A stretch of DNA of 64,000 bases from Candidatus Bathyarchaeota archaeon (GCA_963775895.1 CAVZKL010000012.1:1-64000); one strand, 5' to 3'. Positions 18,578 through 29,207 are shown, counted from the stretch's first letter. Notes: generated from the sequence alone by a model not told the origin. Made by a program: numbers and translations.

Positions 18578-19592
18578 AGGCTTGGCTACACAACCTTTCA
18601 AATCTACCAATGAGGAAGCAAAAGAACAAAACTCGTTCTATTTCAACAGGGATACTGGACAATTCACTTGGGAGAAACCAAAGCCAGAGTTTCAGAACAC
18701 ATTCTGTGAGATTCAGAACACTTTTGCCGAAATGTTCCCGATGTGGGTTGGACGAGTTCTAATTACCGCAGATAACGAGAAGTGGGCTGTGACCGCCGCG
18801 AGCACAGCAACTGGTTTGGCGACGAGCGTAATAATGTCTCCGGCCGAGGCGGCGATTGAAGCAATGGTTTCCTCCGACAAGACTCCGGACAATCGTCCAG
18901 GCGTGTTGATTCAGATATACAATCGCAACAGGTTTGAACTCATGGGACAAATGATACTGCGCATAGGCCAGTGTGTTATGACGTGCCCCACGACGGCTGC
19001 TTTTGACGCATTGCCAGATGCCAAGAGAAAGTTGAAGGTGGGCAGGAGCATACGTCTGTTCGGAGATGGGTTCCAGAGAAAACGTCTCGTCGGAGAGAGA
19101 AAAGTTTGGAAGATTCCCGTGATGGAGGGTGATTTCGTCGTCGAAGACAAGTTCGGCGCAGCGGAAGCGATCGCTGGTGGAAATTTCCTCATACTAGCGA
19201 AAGACAAGAAGACAGGGTTACAGGCTGCCGAGGATGCGGCCACCGCGATTAAGGCAACGAGAGCGGAGGTCATCTTGCCGTTTCCAGGAGGGATATGCCG
19301 TTCAGGTTCCAAAGCTGGATCATTGAAGTACAAGCTTAAAGCATCAACGTATCACCAGTTCTGCCCGAAACTGAGAACGCTCGTGGCTGACACTCAGGTA
19401 CCTGAAGACGTGGAATGCGTCTACGAAATTGTGATTAACGGTTTGACGTTGGAAGCCGTCAAGACAGCGATGCGCGCAGGCGTCAAAGCCGCCGCAAACG
19501 TCCAAGGAGTTGTGAAGATTTCGGCAGGAAATTATGGTGGCAAACTTGGTCCGTACAAGGCCTTCTTGAAAGAAGCCCTAGACGCAGCGTGA
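18570..19592 (+). CDS. ftr: Formylmethanofuran--H4MPT N-formyltransferase with an atypical ~40 aa N-terminal extension
   Basis: EI.NTFAE.F, TPD.RPG, RIGQCVMTCPTTA, FGDGFQ, IPVMEG, IAGGN, PFPGG..RSGSK, YEIVING, ISAGNYGGKLG. Confidence 0.95.
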   Translation: MTEGLATQPFKSTNEEAKEQNSFYFNRDTGQFTWEKPKPEFQNTFCEIQNTFAEMFPMWVGRVLITADNEKWAVTAASTATGLATSVIMSPAEAAIEAMVSSDKTPDNRPGVLIQIYNRNRFELMGQMILRIGQCVMTCPTTAAFDALPDAKRKLKVGRSIRLFGDGFQRKRLVGERKVWKIPVMEGDFVVEDKFGAAEAIAGGNFLILAKDKKTGLQAAEDAATAIKATRAEVILPFPGGICRSGSKAGSLKYKLKASTYHQFCPKLRTLVADTQVPEDVECVYEIVINGLTLEAVKTAMRAGVKAAANVQGVVKISAGNYGGKLGPYKAFLKEALDAA

Positions 19593-19664
19593 TGTTTTCT
19601 CCCAAAATCTTATTTGATTCCTCTCAGACTTAGCTTTGAAACGGAAAAGCGTTCGTGAGAAAAG

Positions 19665-20930
19665 TTGAGCACGTCGAAGAAGACTTCTCTTGAACTCTTT
19701 AGGCTGAAAAAGACACTGATGACGCTGGCAGATAAAGAAGGGCGTGGAACCGAGCTTGTTTCGCTCTACGTTCCCCCTGGAAAACAGATAAGTGACGTCA
19801 TCAACACGCTCAGAGACGAGTATGGAACCGCGTCCAACATAAAATCCACGACCACACGAAAAAACGTAATGGACGCCATCGTCAAAGTTCAGCAACGCCT
19901 CAAACTCTTCAAGGAACCCCCTGAAAACGGACTGGTCATCTTCTGTGGAGCCATCGCTCAAAACGGGGCTGGAAGCGAGAGAATAGAAACATACGTCATC
20001 ACCCCTCCAGAACCGATTCACATATACCTCTACAGGTGCGACGCACGATTTCACACAGAGTACCTGCAAGAGATGCTGAGAGAAAAGGAGACGTACGGTA
20101 TTCTGCTCATAGACTCCTCAGCTGCTACCCTTGCCACCCTTCAAGGCAGAAGACTTGAGATAGTCAGGGAATTGACTTCGGGTGTGCCTGGAAAGACGCG
20201 CGCTGGAGGACAGTCGGCGAGAAGGTACGAAAGACTGCGTGAAATGCGACTTCAGGAATACTTCACGCGCGTGGGTGTACACGCCAATGAGATATTTCTG
20301 CCGATTGAAAATCTGAAAGGAATCATACTCGCTGGTCCAGGTCCGACGAAATATGATTTTGATAAGGGCGAGTACCTGAATTACATGCTGAAGAACAAGA
20401 TCATAGACACCGTCGACACGGCGTACGTTGAAGAACAGGGCGTGAAGGAAGTCGTTGAGAAAGCTCCCGAAGTGATGCGAAAGGTGCGCTACATTGAAGA
20501 GAAGAAGATAATGCAGCAGTTTCTTTACGAGGTTGGACACGACACGGGCAAGATAACCTATGGTGAAGAGCAAGTGAGAAGAGCCCTAGAAAGCGGCGCC
20601 GTAAACACACTGCTCTTGTCCGAAGGATTGGAGATGACACGAGTCACCGTGAAATGCAGCGCCTGCAACTACCAAGAACAGCACACGGTGAAGAATAAGG
20701 CGCTACAGGAGTTTGAACAGAGTCTCGCCGGAAAACCATGTTCGAAGTGCGGTGCAGCGTCCCTTGGCATAATTGAAAAGGAAGATGTCATAGACGATTT
20801 CGCCAAACTGGCCGAGTACACGAACACCCAGGTGGAAATCATCTCGACCGAAACGGAAGAAGGACAAATGCTCAAAAACTCGTTTGGCGGAGTGGCAGCA
20901 TTACTGCGCTTCAACGTTCATGAACAATAA
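19665..20930 (+). CDS. prf1: Peptide chain release factor aRF1 with a Zn-ribbon insertion
   Basis: GRGTELVSLY, ASNIKS, Y.CD..F, GGQSARR, CSAC...CSKC, FGGVAALLRF. Confidence 0.98.
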   Translation: MSTSKKTSLELFRLKKTLMTLADKEGRGTELVSLYVPPGKQISDVINTLRDEYGTASNIKSTTTRKNVMDAIVKVQQRLKLFKEPPENGLVIFCGAIAQNGAGSERIETYVITPPEPIHIYLYRCDARFHTEYLQEMLREKETYGILLIDSSAATLATLQGRRLEIVRELTSGVPGKTRAGGQSARRYERLREMRLQEYFTRVGVHANEIFLPIENLKGIILAGPGPTKYDFDKGEYLNYMLKNKIIDTVDTAYVEEQGVKEVVEKAPEVMRKVRYIEEKKIMQQFLYEVGHDTGKITYGEEQVRRALESGAVNTLLLSEGLEMTRVTVKCSACNYQEQHTVKNKALQEFEQSLAGKPCSKCGAASLGIIEKEDVIDDFAKLAEYTNTQVEIISTETEEGQMLKNSFGGVAALLRFNVHEQ

Positions 20931-20934
20931 GAAG

Positions 20935-21204
20935 TCAGTGGCGCTTCAGGAACGTCTCAACATCGTTTTTCTGTACACCCCTCAAAAGTAACCTCTTCTC
21001 CTTGGAAGAGAAACCGGAGATCAGCTTGACTTGCGCGTGAAAGAGTCTCGAGAATTCTTTCACTATTTCTTTGTTTACTTTGCCTTTAACCGGCTCCTCG
21101 GTGCAGAAAACGATGATGTCTTCTCCTTCAACCGACACTTTGAAGTCTCGAGCTCGCGGCTTAACGGTGACTTCTAGAATGCAACCTTCCTTGGTTTCGA
21201 TCAC
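20935..21204 (-). CDS. DUF167 (UPF0235/YggU) family protein
   Basis: LEVTVKPRA, P.KGKVNKE, LISG..S.EK. Confidence 0.85.
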   Translation of the reverse strand: MIETKEGCILEVTVKPRARDFKVSVEGEDIIVFCTEEPVKGKVNKEIVKEFSRLFHAQVKLISGFSSKEKRLLLRGVQKNDVETFLKRH

Positions 21205-21307
21205 GTAAATCGCGCCTTTGCTTAACTTGCGGTAGGGCATGATAGATAGCATAGTCTGGCGAAACAAATAAGCCATAAGCTCGACTCTACAATTGCAGGA
21301 ACCTGCG

Positions 21308-22427
21308 ATGAAACATCCGTCACTGTATTTGGATTGGTACACTCAACGTGCCCAAAGTGAGGTACAATTTCCTTTCAAGCGGTATATCCTATTCAAAACA
21401 CGTTCTAAACTTGGGCGAAGTGGACTTGTCCACAACCTATGATCATGGCAACCCGGAGACGATAGAGCGGATTGCTCGCTGGTACGGTGCTAACCCCGAA
21501 AACGTGTTTCTGTCAAGCGAGGGAGCTTCAGGTCAGAACGCGCGCATAATCAGATATCTCTCTGAAAGAAACCCCAAGAAGAAGGAGGCATTGGTGGAGT
21601 ACCCCACCTATGAGCCGCTTCTGAGAGCCGTTCAAGAGCATTTTACTCGTGTGAATAAGGCTCGAAAGAAAGGAGAGCGACGGATACGGACTTGACGTAG
21701 ACAGGTTGCGGAAAGGCTGTGTCAGAAAACACAGGATTGCTTGCACTGACGAACCCTCATGCACCCAGCGGCGCGATACTAGATCGCAAGTTGCTTCAAA
21801 GAAGTGATGAACATTGCCCATGAATACGGGTTCTACGTTTTATGCGATGAAATCTACGCTGAATTCGATCGCTAGGCTGTGCCCACACTTTTCTCTGCTG
21901 ATCCGGAACTGGGCATCGTCACGACGAGTTTCACCAAAGCTTATGGGCTTGGTGGACTAAAACTGGGCATCGCTTTGGCTGAAAAAGGACTCGTCGCTGA
22001 GCTGTACACAGACGTTTTGAACACCGTGGGCAATAGCCCGAACGTCGTGCAGATCGTTGCGACAGAGTTGGTTAGCAAGGCAAAAGAGGATCTTGAGATA
22101 CACAAACAGAAATGGAATAATCTGAAAAAGAAAACTGAGAAATGGTTTGCTGAGAATGAGATGGAATATTTTCCGAACAGATCCGGCGTCACCTATTGGG
22201 TCAGATTTCCCGTTGAGGACACGTACAAATGGGTAAATCGAATGGCGATCCCGAAGCACAGTCTCGCAGCAGTTCCCGGAGCTTTCTTCCTTTTCGAAGA
22301 GAATACCGAGCTAAAGCGTTCGAACATGATTAGGCTAGGGCTCGGTGCTATAGATCCTGAGAAATCCGAATTGGAAGAAGCCCTTGGAACGCTTGGCAAA
22401 GCCATCAAAGAAAGCAACCTTGCCTGA
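21308..22427 (+). CDS. PLP-dependent class I/II aminotransferase, several frameshifts
   Basis: EYPTYEPL, LTNPH.PSG, CDEIYAEF, TSFTKAYGLGGLKLG and IRLG, spread over different frames. Confidence 0.85.
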
Positions 22428-22504
22428 TCAACAACAAGAATAAAGACTTCCTGTGACTTCTATTTTCAAATTCCAACAGCGGACACGACGCAGGATCTGT
22501 TCGG

Positions 22505-23695
22505 ATGACGGGGTATAGACGCTTCCTGTCCTTGGCTTTCCCTTCAGAAGCATTGACACGTGACGTCATGTTGATTTGCTTATCAAACATCATCGGAGCG
22601 TTTGGCGAGGGACTCTACTTCTGGGTTTTCCCATTGTACGTGCGATCATTACAGGCGAACTACCTGCAGCTGGGGATAGTCTTGTCCGCTCTGATGGGTT
22701 TCGCTGCTCTCGTTGTCCTGCCCGGAGGCTTGCTTGCAGACAGGTTCGATCGAAAGAAAATAATGATACTATCCTGGACTCCATGGGTGTTGGCTCCACT
22801 GATCTACTCTTTTGCCGAAAACTGGGTACAACTGATCCCCGGAACCTTCTGCTTTGGCATTTCGATGATAGGGATTCCGGCTGTCAATGCTTACGTAATA
22901 ACTTCTGTGCACAACAAGAAAAAGATAACTCAAGCTCTTTCACTGATCTGGTCAAGCTACTTCTTCAGCTACATTTTTGCCCCAGCAACGGGAGGGTACC
23001 TAGCCACCTTAATAGGAATGCGATGGGTCTTACGCCTCGCTGCGATATTCTGTGCCACCGCGACCAGTATCTTCTTCTTCATTCATAGCCAACATCCACA
23101 AAAAGTGGACATTGAGGAACCGAGTGAGTCGTTGACAGCGGCAGATGAAAAGAAACGGTGGCGAAAAATCATTCTCTGGTCAGCCTTTCTTGCTTCGGCC
23201 TTCTTCTTCATAAACATCGGCAGACCCTACGTGCAGACGTTCCTAGCTGAGGGTATCAAAATGACAGAGTTTGAGGTCGGATTGTTCGGTTCAATCAGTT
23301 ACGCAGGGTTAACATTCATAGGGATTGCTATTGCCCGAATTGGGGACGCGTGGAGAAAATCAGGTGCAATGGGAATCTGCCTTCTACTCTATGCTGTTTC
23401 GATGATTCCTCTGCTGTTGACAGGTAACATTGGTTTTCTAATGGTCACCGCATTCTTCCTAGGCGGATCGGCGGGATCAAACGCCCTTTCAAACGCCTAT
23501 GCGGGAGCGATTGCGCCTAAATCGAAAAGAGGTCTTTGGCTCTCTATTCCCCTGGCGGCGGCTTCGATCGCGTCGTTCATGGCGCCCTACTTGGGCGGGT
23601 ATTTGTACACGTTTTCCCCAGCATACACATTCATAATCTCCATGACTGCCATGCCTCTTCTCGTTGCTTACGCGATGGTGAAGTTGAAGGATTAG
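22505..23695 (+). CDS. MFS transporter
   Basis: About 12 TM; PGGLLADRFDRKK motif A. Confidence 0.92.
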   Translation: MTGYRRFLSLAFPSEALTRDVMLICLSNIIGAFGEGLYFWVFPLYVRSLQANYLQLGIVLSALMGFAALVVLPGGLLADRFDRKKIMILSWTPWVLAPLIYSFAENWVQLIPGTFCFGISMIGIPAVNAYVITSVHNKKKITQALSLIWSSYFFSYIFAPATGGYLATLIGMRWVLRLAAIFCATATSIFFFIHSQHPQKVDIEEPSESLTAADEKKRWRKIILWSAFLASAFFFINIGRPYVQTFLAEGIKMTEFEVGLFGSISYAGLTFIGIAIARIGDAWRKSGAMGICLLLYAVSMIPLLLTGNIGFLMVTAFFLGGSAGSNALSNAYAGAIAPKSKRGLWLSIPLAAASIASFMAPYLGGYLYTFSPAYTFIISMTAMPLLVAYAMVKLKD

Positions 23696-23806
23696 CTACG
23701 TCGCGTTGAATGTTCGTAGTTGCATCAGCCGTTCAAGCTGGGCTCTCATCAGTAGACGCCCAATAAGCCTATTAGACCACGGCACGCAAGATTCTCATGA
23801 TGACCA

Positions 23807-24502
23807 TTGTCCCGCGAGGATAATAAGGCAATCAGATGCCCTGTCTGTGGCGCGCCATACAAAAAGGTCGTCCCCTCTGACGTTTCGCAACTCAACTGCG
23901 ATTATTGCGGAGCGACTTTCAGAGTACCTCCAGGTGAGGGTGGGGAACTTCCGCGGTGTGAGAACCACCCTGAAAGATACGCAGCTGGTAAATGCAACGA
24001 CTGTGGAGGAGAGTTTTGCAGTGAATGCCTGCAAACCTATGAATTTAACACGCGAGATGGCAACGCCGAACTTTACTTGTGTCCTGACTGTCTCAGAAAT
24101 AGGAAGACTGGCCAGGCGAATTCTTTCGTCTTGGGAGGAACAATGTTCGCGGTTGTTGGAATTCTATTCTCGATTTTTGCATGGCAAGTTGGGATAGCGT
24201 TCATCATATTAGGAGGAGTCTCAATTGCGTATGGCGCCTCAAGGAAGCCGGGGTTACCAACGACTCCTGAAAAGCCGGAAGCTGACAGAGAAGAAACAGA
24301 AGGAACAGAAGAACCGTCGGAAAGCGATTGGGAAGAAGCTGACAAGCTTTACGGCACTCTTCTCGAAAAATATGGGGAACATTGGGGGATTTCGTCGGGT
24401 GCAAGTCTTCTTGAAGATGAGATAAAAGCCTACACGTGGGATGGCTACACTTGGCCAGAAGCCGTTAGAAAGGTCTACCAACGTCAACAAAAGAAAACCT
24501 AG
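23807..24502 (+). CDS. Zn-ribbon + B-box-like zinc finger membrane protein
   Basis: CPVC..CDYC; C.NHP.R.A...C..CG..FC.EC...LCPDC; two TM; acidic C-terminal domain. Confidence 0.75.
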   Translation: MSREDNKAIRCPVCGAPYKKVVPSDVSQLNCDYCGATFRVPPGEGGELPRCENHPERYAAGKCNDCGGEFCSECLQTYEFNTRDGNAELYLCPDCLRNRKTGQANSFVLGGTMFAVVGILFSIFAWQVGIAFIILGGVSIAYGASRKPGLPTTPEKPEADREETEGTEEPSESDWEEADKLYGTLLEKYGEHWGISSGASLLEDEIKAYTWDGYTWPEAVRKVYQRQQKKT

Positions 24503-24605
24503 CCGTTCCGCCTAGAGAACCCTGCGCAACACGCTGTTCTTCTTCGACCTTCCAAGAATGCGCAACATGATTGAACATGAGATGGACTGAGCGATTGAGG
24601 CTCGG

Positions 24606-25640
24606 TCAGAACCAGGTTTTGTAATGTTTGAAGTTGCCGAGCCACAAGAATACGAGACCAGCGATCGCCCCTAACATCAGAACAGGTCCCAGATCTGTTT
24701 GTTGGGGGACCGTGGTCTTGATCTCCACTTGGGCACTCCACGTAGATGTGGGAGTGTTGTACTTAGCGAGTGTTTCAAGAGCTTGCTGCAGCTCTCCGTA
24801 GTCTGTGGATTCCATGAACTTTCCGCCGGTGTCATTCGCTATCGATTTCATGAGGTCAGGGTTGGAATCCAACCCCATTTTTGCCACGTGAACAGTGTAA
24901 ATGGGCACTCGAGCACTAATTGCTTTGTCGACGGCGTTCTTCACGGAAGTCAGCGGGTCAGGATAACCGTAGTTGGCGTATCCGTCTGATATCAGGATAA
25001 TGGCGTAGGCTCTGTCAGACGACGCGTAGGGTGCCAAGAGGTTAACCGCGGCCTCAATTCCGTATCCAACGTCCGTCCTCTCTTCAAGACATGGCAATGC
25101 TTCACTTTGACGGAGTCCATTCAGGGTTGAAATGGCTAGTTGTTTGTCTTGGGTGAGTGGAAGCGAATTCTTTATTTCAGCCTCAAAGGCCACAATGCCA
25201 AATCTGACCGTTTGACTCGAGTTCTCGACAAACTTGACGAGTAAGTCCTTCGTGGCTTCCAACCTTGAGGGGTTCACATCGTTAAACCCCATTGATGCAG
25301 AAACGTCCACGGCAAACACGATACCGCCAACGAGGTCCTTTTCTTGAACCATTGGAACATCCGTTTTTCTGGTTACCTCGGTGGTGGTCAGAACAACTGG
25401 ACCCGCCAGACTGAAAGCGATGAGAACTATTATCCCGAGTTTTAGGGCGAGACTTATTCCTCTCCAAGCCTGCCGTGCAAGACCTTTTTGCGCACTTATT
25501 CTGACAAGCCTTCTCAGCGGTGGGTAATGGAAAACCTCCAATCCTCTTTTGATTTTCTGTGCGAAGTAGTGACTCATGAAAGTCAACGCTATGAAGAGCG
25601 GAAGGAGAAGTATCAACTGCGGGGTTGCGAAGTCTATCAA
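24606..25640 (-). CDS. Membrane-anchored vWA protein (BatA/B-like)
   Basis: N-terminal F..P..LLL double-TM, SLAGP, MIDAS DVSASM / T / ISDG, PSRLE. Confidence 0.9.
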   Translation of the reverse strand: MIDFATPQLILLLPLFIALTFMSHYFAQKIKRGLEVFHYPPLRRLVRISAQKGLARQAWRGISLALKLGIIVLIAFSLAGPVVLTTTEVTRKTDVPMVQEKDLVGGIVFAVDVSASMGFNDVNPSRLEATKDLLVKFVENSSQTVRFGIVAFEAEIKNSLPLTQDKQLAISTLNGLRQSEALPCLEERTDVGYGIEAAVNLLAPYASSDRAYAIILISDGYANYGYPDPLTSVKNAVDKAISARVPIYTVHVAKMGLDSNPDLMKSIANDTGGKFMESTDYGELQQALETLAKYNTPTSTWSAQVEIKTTVPQQTDLGPVLMLGAIAGLVFLWLGNFKHYKTWF

Positions 25641-25643
25641 TTA

Positions 25644-26618
25644 CTAGACCCCCGTGAACCATGTTAGAAACAGACAACAAACGAGCAGTGAGGCAAAGAT
25701 CACCAATGCCGTATGATAGTCTCTTGCCTCGAACGGAAGTTCATTGAGAACCATCTTCAGTGCCCCAACTTTAACTTGCTGAGAGAAACCGGCAATCTCT
25801 CTCGCCAAAGTCGTCATCTCCTCAGTTTTGATCTCATGAAACACCCCGCCTGTCATGTTTGAAATCTGCCGAAGAGGCTCAGGGTCAGAGTTTCCGATAC
25901 CGTAGGTACCGACGAAAACCGTGAAAATCGGAATTTTCAAGGCCGCGGCAGCTTGACCCACTTCGGTCAAGTTTGCTATGCCATAATTGTTTTTTCCGTC
26001 TGAAAACAGAACGATAGCTTTTCCGCCCTGCGACTGTCCCAGGATTCCGATCGCAGCCTCTAACGTGGTTCCGATCGCAGTCGAGTTGTGTAACGACTGG
26101 TTGGCAATCAAGTCTGTTACTTCCGTCCGGTTAGCCGTGGGCAACGCTTCATCGTAGATTCTGCCTGCAAATGAAATGAAACCTATAAGGTCTCCCGGAC
26201 CCGCATCATTGACAAGAAGCGTGCCAATCTGCTTGGCTGCTTCGAGGCGCGTTGGGGATAAGTCGGAAGTGTTCATACTGTATGACACATCCATAATCAT
26301 CATTACTGTCACACTGCTTTTTGCCAACTGATCAGGAGAAAGGCTTTGGACAGGAATTTTCACCACGGTCGGGAAGTATGGAACGGCCAGCAAGAAGGAA
26401 AAAGACACTATGATTCCAACCTTCATGATGATGTTTGTGACGTTGACAGCCTTCCTGACTCGCTGCCATTTGACGAGTTCCAACTTTTTTTCTGCTCGTC
26501 TGACCCTGTTGTATGATAGGTAGAACAGAACCGTGAAGATTGCGCCCAGAACGGCGCCGAAAATGCCGAACAATGGATTCTCAAATCTCACAGGGAACTC
26601 CAGCATCGAGGCGCCCAC
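25644..26618 (-). CDS. Membrane-anchored vWA protein (BatA-like)
   Basis: FENP double-TM, DVSYSM, PTRLEAAK, TAIG, FSDG, TGG. Confidence 0.9.
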   Translation of the reverse strand: MGASMLEFPVRFENPLFGIFGAVLGAIFTVLFYLSYNRVRRAEKKLELVKWQRVRKAVNVTNIIMKVGIIVSFSFLLAVPYFPTVVKIPVQSLSPDQLAKSSVTVMMIMDVSYSMNTSDLSPTRLEAAKQIGTLLVNDAGPGDLIGFISFAGRIYDEALPTANRTEVTDLIANQSLHNSTAIGTTLEAAIGILGQSQGGKAIVLFSDGKNNYGIANLTEVGQAAAALKIPIFTVFVGTYGIGNSDPEPLRQISNMTGGVFHEIKTEEMTTLAREIAGFSQQVKVGALKMVLNELPFEARDYHTALVIFASLLVCCLFLTWFTGV

Positions 26619-26619
26619 C

Positions 26620-27763
26620 TTAACCCTGATCCGGTTGGCCTCTAATCTGCATCTCGAGGCTGTTCAGCGCAAACTCCAATGCTTTAGAATACCTTTGGAT
26701 GTCATCCGTCTTTGCTCCCGAAGACCCGCCTTCTCCCTGGGCCAGCATTGCAAGTCCTTGATCTGCGGCTTGCTGCGCCTTGTCTTTTTCACCGTTTGCA
26801 AGGTATGTTGAAGCTTGATTGAATTTCTCAACGCTATTCAGATAGTTCTCGAATCTCTGTATATCTTGAGCATCTTTCAGCTGGTTTTTCAAATCATTGG
26901 CCAGTATCTTGTGCAGGGCCGTTGAGCAAATTTGGATCTATCTCGGAAGCCAGTGAGGCTGCGCTCTGGAACCGCGGGTCTTTAAGTTGTTCAAGTTGCC
27001 TAGATAGTTCATTAAGCAGTTGTTGGGCATCTTGGTTTTTGTTGTTGGCCAGCGCGTGTTGTAGTTTGTCAAGCAAGTCGTTTGTTTTGGTTGCCTCTTG
27101 CAGGTAAGCGGTTCCTTCCTTGATTGTTCTCAAGAGTTGAACATACTCAAGATAGATTGCCATCGCGTCTTGGAACTCCGCAACAGCATATTTCACCTGG
27201 TCTTTCTTGCCAGAGGCTAGATAACGGTAGTTGATTTCCTCAAGGGTTTGGTTACTCTGTTCGAACTGGTCTGCTAAGGGTTCTAGAGTCTGCAAGCACA
27301 TGGACGCATTGTCGGAGGCGGACTTGTAGGATCCTTGCCAGTAGTCGTCCAAGGTCTTTTGCAGGTAATCATTGACGGTCAAGAGATGGTCCGCTCCTTG
27401 GTTCATCACTTCGCTCGAGCCGAGCAAAAGAGCGTAGTTTTGCGCCATGCTGAGAACGAACTCGTCCTTCGTGCGTCTTGCGTACGTTAAACTTGTGTTT
27501 GCTTGTTCCTGCGACATCTGGGCAGTTTTCAGCAACACTTTTGCCTCATCCTGTTGGTCTTTCGTGAAATCTGTTATTGACTGATGGTTCCTGTCAATCG
27601 CGGTAAGCGTCGACTCGCCTGATTCTATTGCATCGGTCAACGGGTTCCTAACAGCGTTGAAATCTATACCGCTGAGAAGTAGAACGACGACTATCAGAAC
27701 AAGCACCGTCACAACGAGCGCGAACTTGGCCTTCCGACCTTTCAGCCTTTGCATCGCATCCAA
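26620..27763 (-). CDS. Membrane-anchored all-helical (TPR-like/coiled) exported protein, split by a +1 indel near 26900
   Basis: N-terminal TM, Q/A/L-rich helices. Removing one G from ACTGGCC fuses the two ORFs (QDTANDLKNQL). Confidence 0.7.
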
Positions 27764-27818
27764 AGATTATGACTTTTCACAACATATAAGGTTGCCGTGG
27801 CAACGCAATGATCAGTGT

Positions 27819-29207
27819 TTAGATCCTATTTCTCCTCCGATAATACGTGAAAACCAGAATTATTGGAACCGCAACAAGGAATGGAATCAAGATTCTGTAA
27901 TCAAATTCCTGAGTCTTCAGTACTGAGAAGTCGGTCAGCGCGATCATGCCGTTGCTCTGAAGGATCGGCGTGAACGAGATGCTCAATCCCGCAAAATCCA
28001 TGCTGTTCAGCGAGCCCAAGTTTATCTTTTTTGAAGCGTTCTCTTCCCCCTTGCTGACGTGAAACGATAGGTCTGAGCCGTTGTAAGTCAAACCTGTTTG
28101 AACCGTTTCAGGTTCAAAAATGATTGGAAAGCTGAAACCGTCAGGGTTTGATTCGTAGGAAACTGCATCCACGGGTTGGCAAAGCACGGTTCCATACTGG
28201 TTGACGTCAAACTCTTCGACGCTCGTCAAGGTCAAATTGGCAACTCGGATCATTGCGTTCGGAAGCCACGAGAATGGAAACGTGGCGTCAGATGAATTCT
28301 CGACCATCCTCGGAACAGATACAGCGAGAGAACGCGGAAAAAGCGGTAGCGGTTGAGGCTGAGTACTCAAAACATCTCCGTCCACCCATCCCAACTGCGG
28401 CAACCACACTTGAATCCACGTTTTAAGGTCCGCATTAGTGTATGTTCTAGCTGGGATTCCGTCTGCACGAAGCATGGCAGCAGCAAGCAAAGATCTTTCG
28501 AAGCAAAAAGAGCGCCCTCCGCTCAAACTCTCCAGAGGATCGCTGATGAAATCAAGAATGTTCGGAGTGCTCAATGTGCCATTCATGAGAGCTCTGACTT
28601 TGTCAGCGTCGTAGATTTGGGTTGCGTTCACATAGTTCAGTACGTTCTCGACCGTTTGAATCATAGATTGATTCCACAGAGATTCCGCCAATTGTTTTAT
28701 CTTTGCATCGTCAGCCGGAATCTTCCGTCCTGGAAGAAGAAATGGTTTCACGTCTTCTGGGTAGTCCGTTGGAAAACTTGATGAAACTGGAATAGTGAGA
28801 TTCTGACTTAAGGTCACTGACGAAGTCCAAGCTAGCGTGTTTACGTAGTCTCCCTTTTTGAGTGAGTAGTTAGCAGTCAACCAGAGGTTACCGACTTCGT
28901 CTTTGTAGAGGTTCACTTTTTGAGCATTAGAGCTAACAAAAATAGCCAGCGCATCAACCATGATCGTTGCGACGTGATCAGAGAAGTTCTGCGGAATTGA
29001 CTCCCACAGCGTAACGTTGGCGTCTTCTTGAGCCTGGAGTTTCACGTACATGGGTTGCGAAGAGACCATTGCTTCGCTCTCACCGACAGAAGCTTCGAAA
29101 GCGCTCATGTGATCCAAAGTTGGCGACGCAAAAGTGTGGGGGGATGACAAAGGTATAAGAACCAAGTGAAGGAATAGCATAAACACGAGCAGAACAATCT
29201 TTCTCAA
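27819..29207 (-). CDS. Exported transglutaminase-like protein with a C-terminal TM
   Basis: Signal peptide; FCFERSLL.AAMLRA.GIPAR; W.QVWLP..GWV..D; TM followed by RRRNR. Confidence 0.85.
   Translation of the reverse strand: MRKIVLLVFMLFLHLVLIPLSSPHTFASPTLDHMSAFEASVGESEAMVSSQPMYVKLQAQEDANVTLWESIPQNFSDHVATIMVDALAIFVSSNAQKVNLYKDEVGNLWLTANYSLKKGDYVNTLAWTSSVTLSQNLTIPVSSSFPTDYPEDVKPFLLPGRKIPADDAKIKQLAESLWNQSMIQTVENVLNYVNATQIYDADKVRALMNGTLSTPNILDFISDPLESLSGGRSFCFERSLLAAAMLRADGIPARTYTNADLKTWIQVWLPQLGWVDGDVLSTQPQPLPLFPRSLAVSVPRMVENSSDATFPFSWLPNAMIRVANLTLTSVEEFDVNQYGTVLCQPVDAVSYESNPDGFSFPIIFEPETVQTGLTYNGSDLSFHVSKGEENASKKINLGSLNSMDFAGLSISFTPILQSNGMIALTDFSVLKTQEFDYRILIPFLVAVPIILVFTYYRRRNRI

Noticed and set aside
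23696-23806. Three short tandem hairpins and an ATGATGA box suggesting an ncRNA or C/D sRNA
   Set aside because: Stems are only 4-7 bp and there is no properly placed D box outside the next CDS
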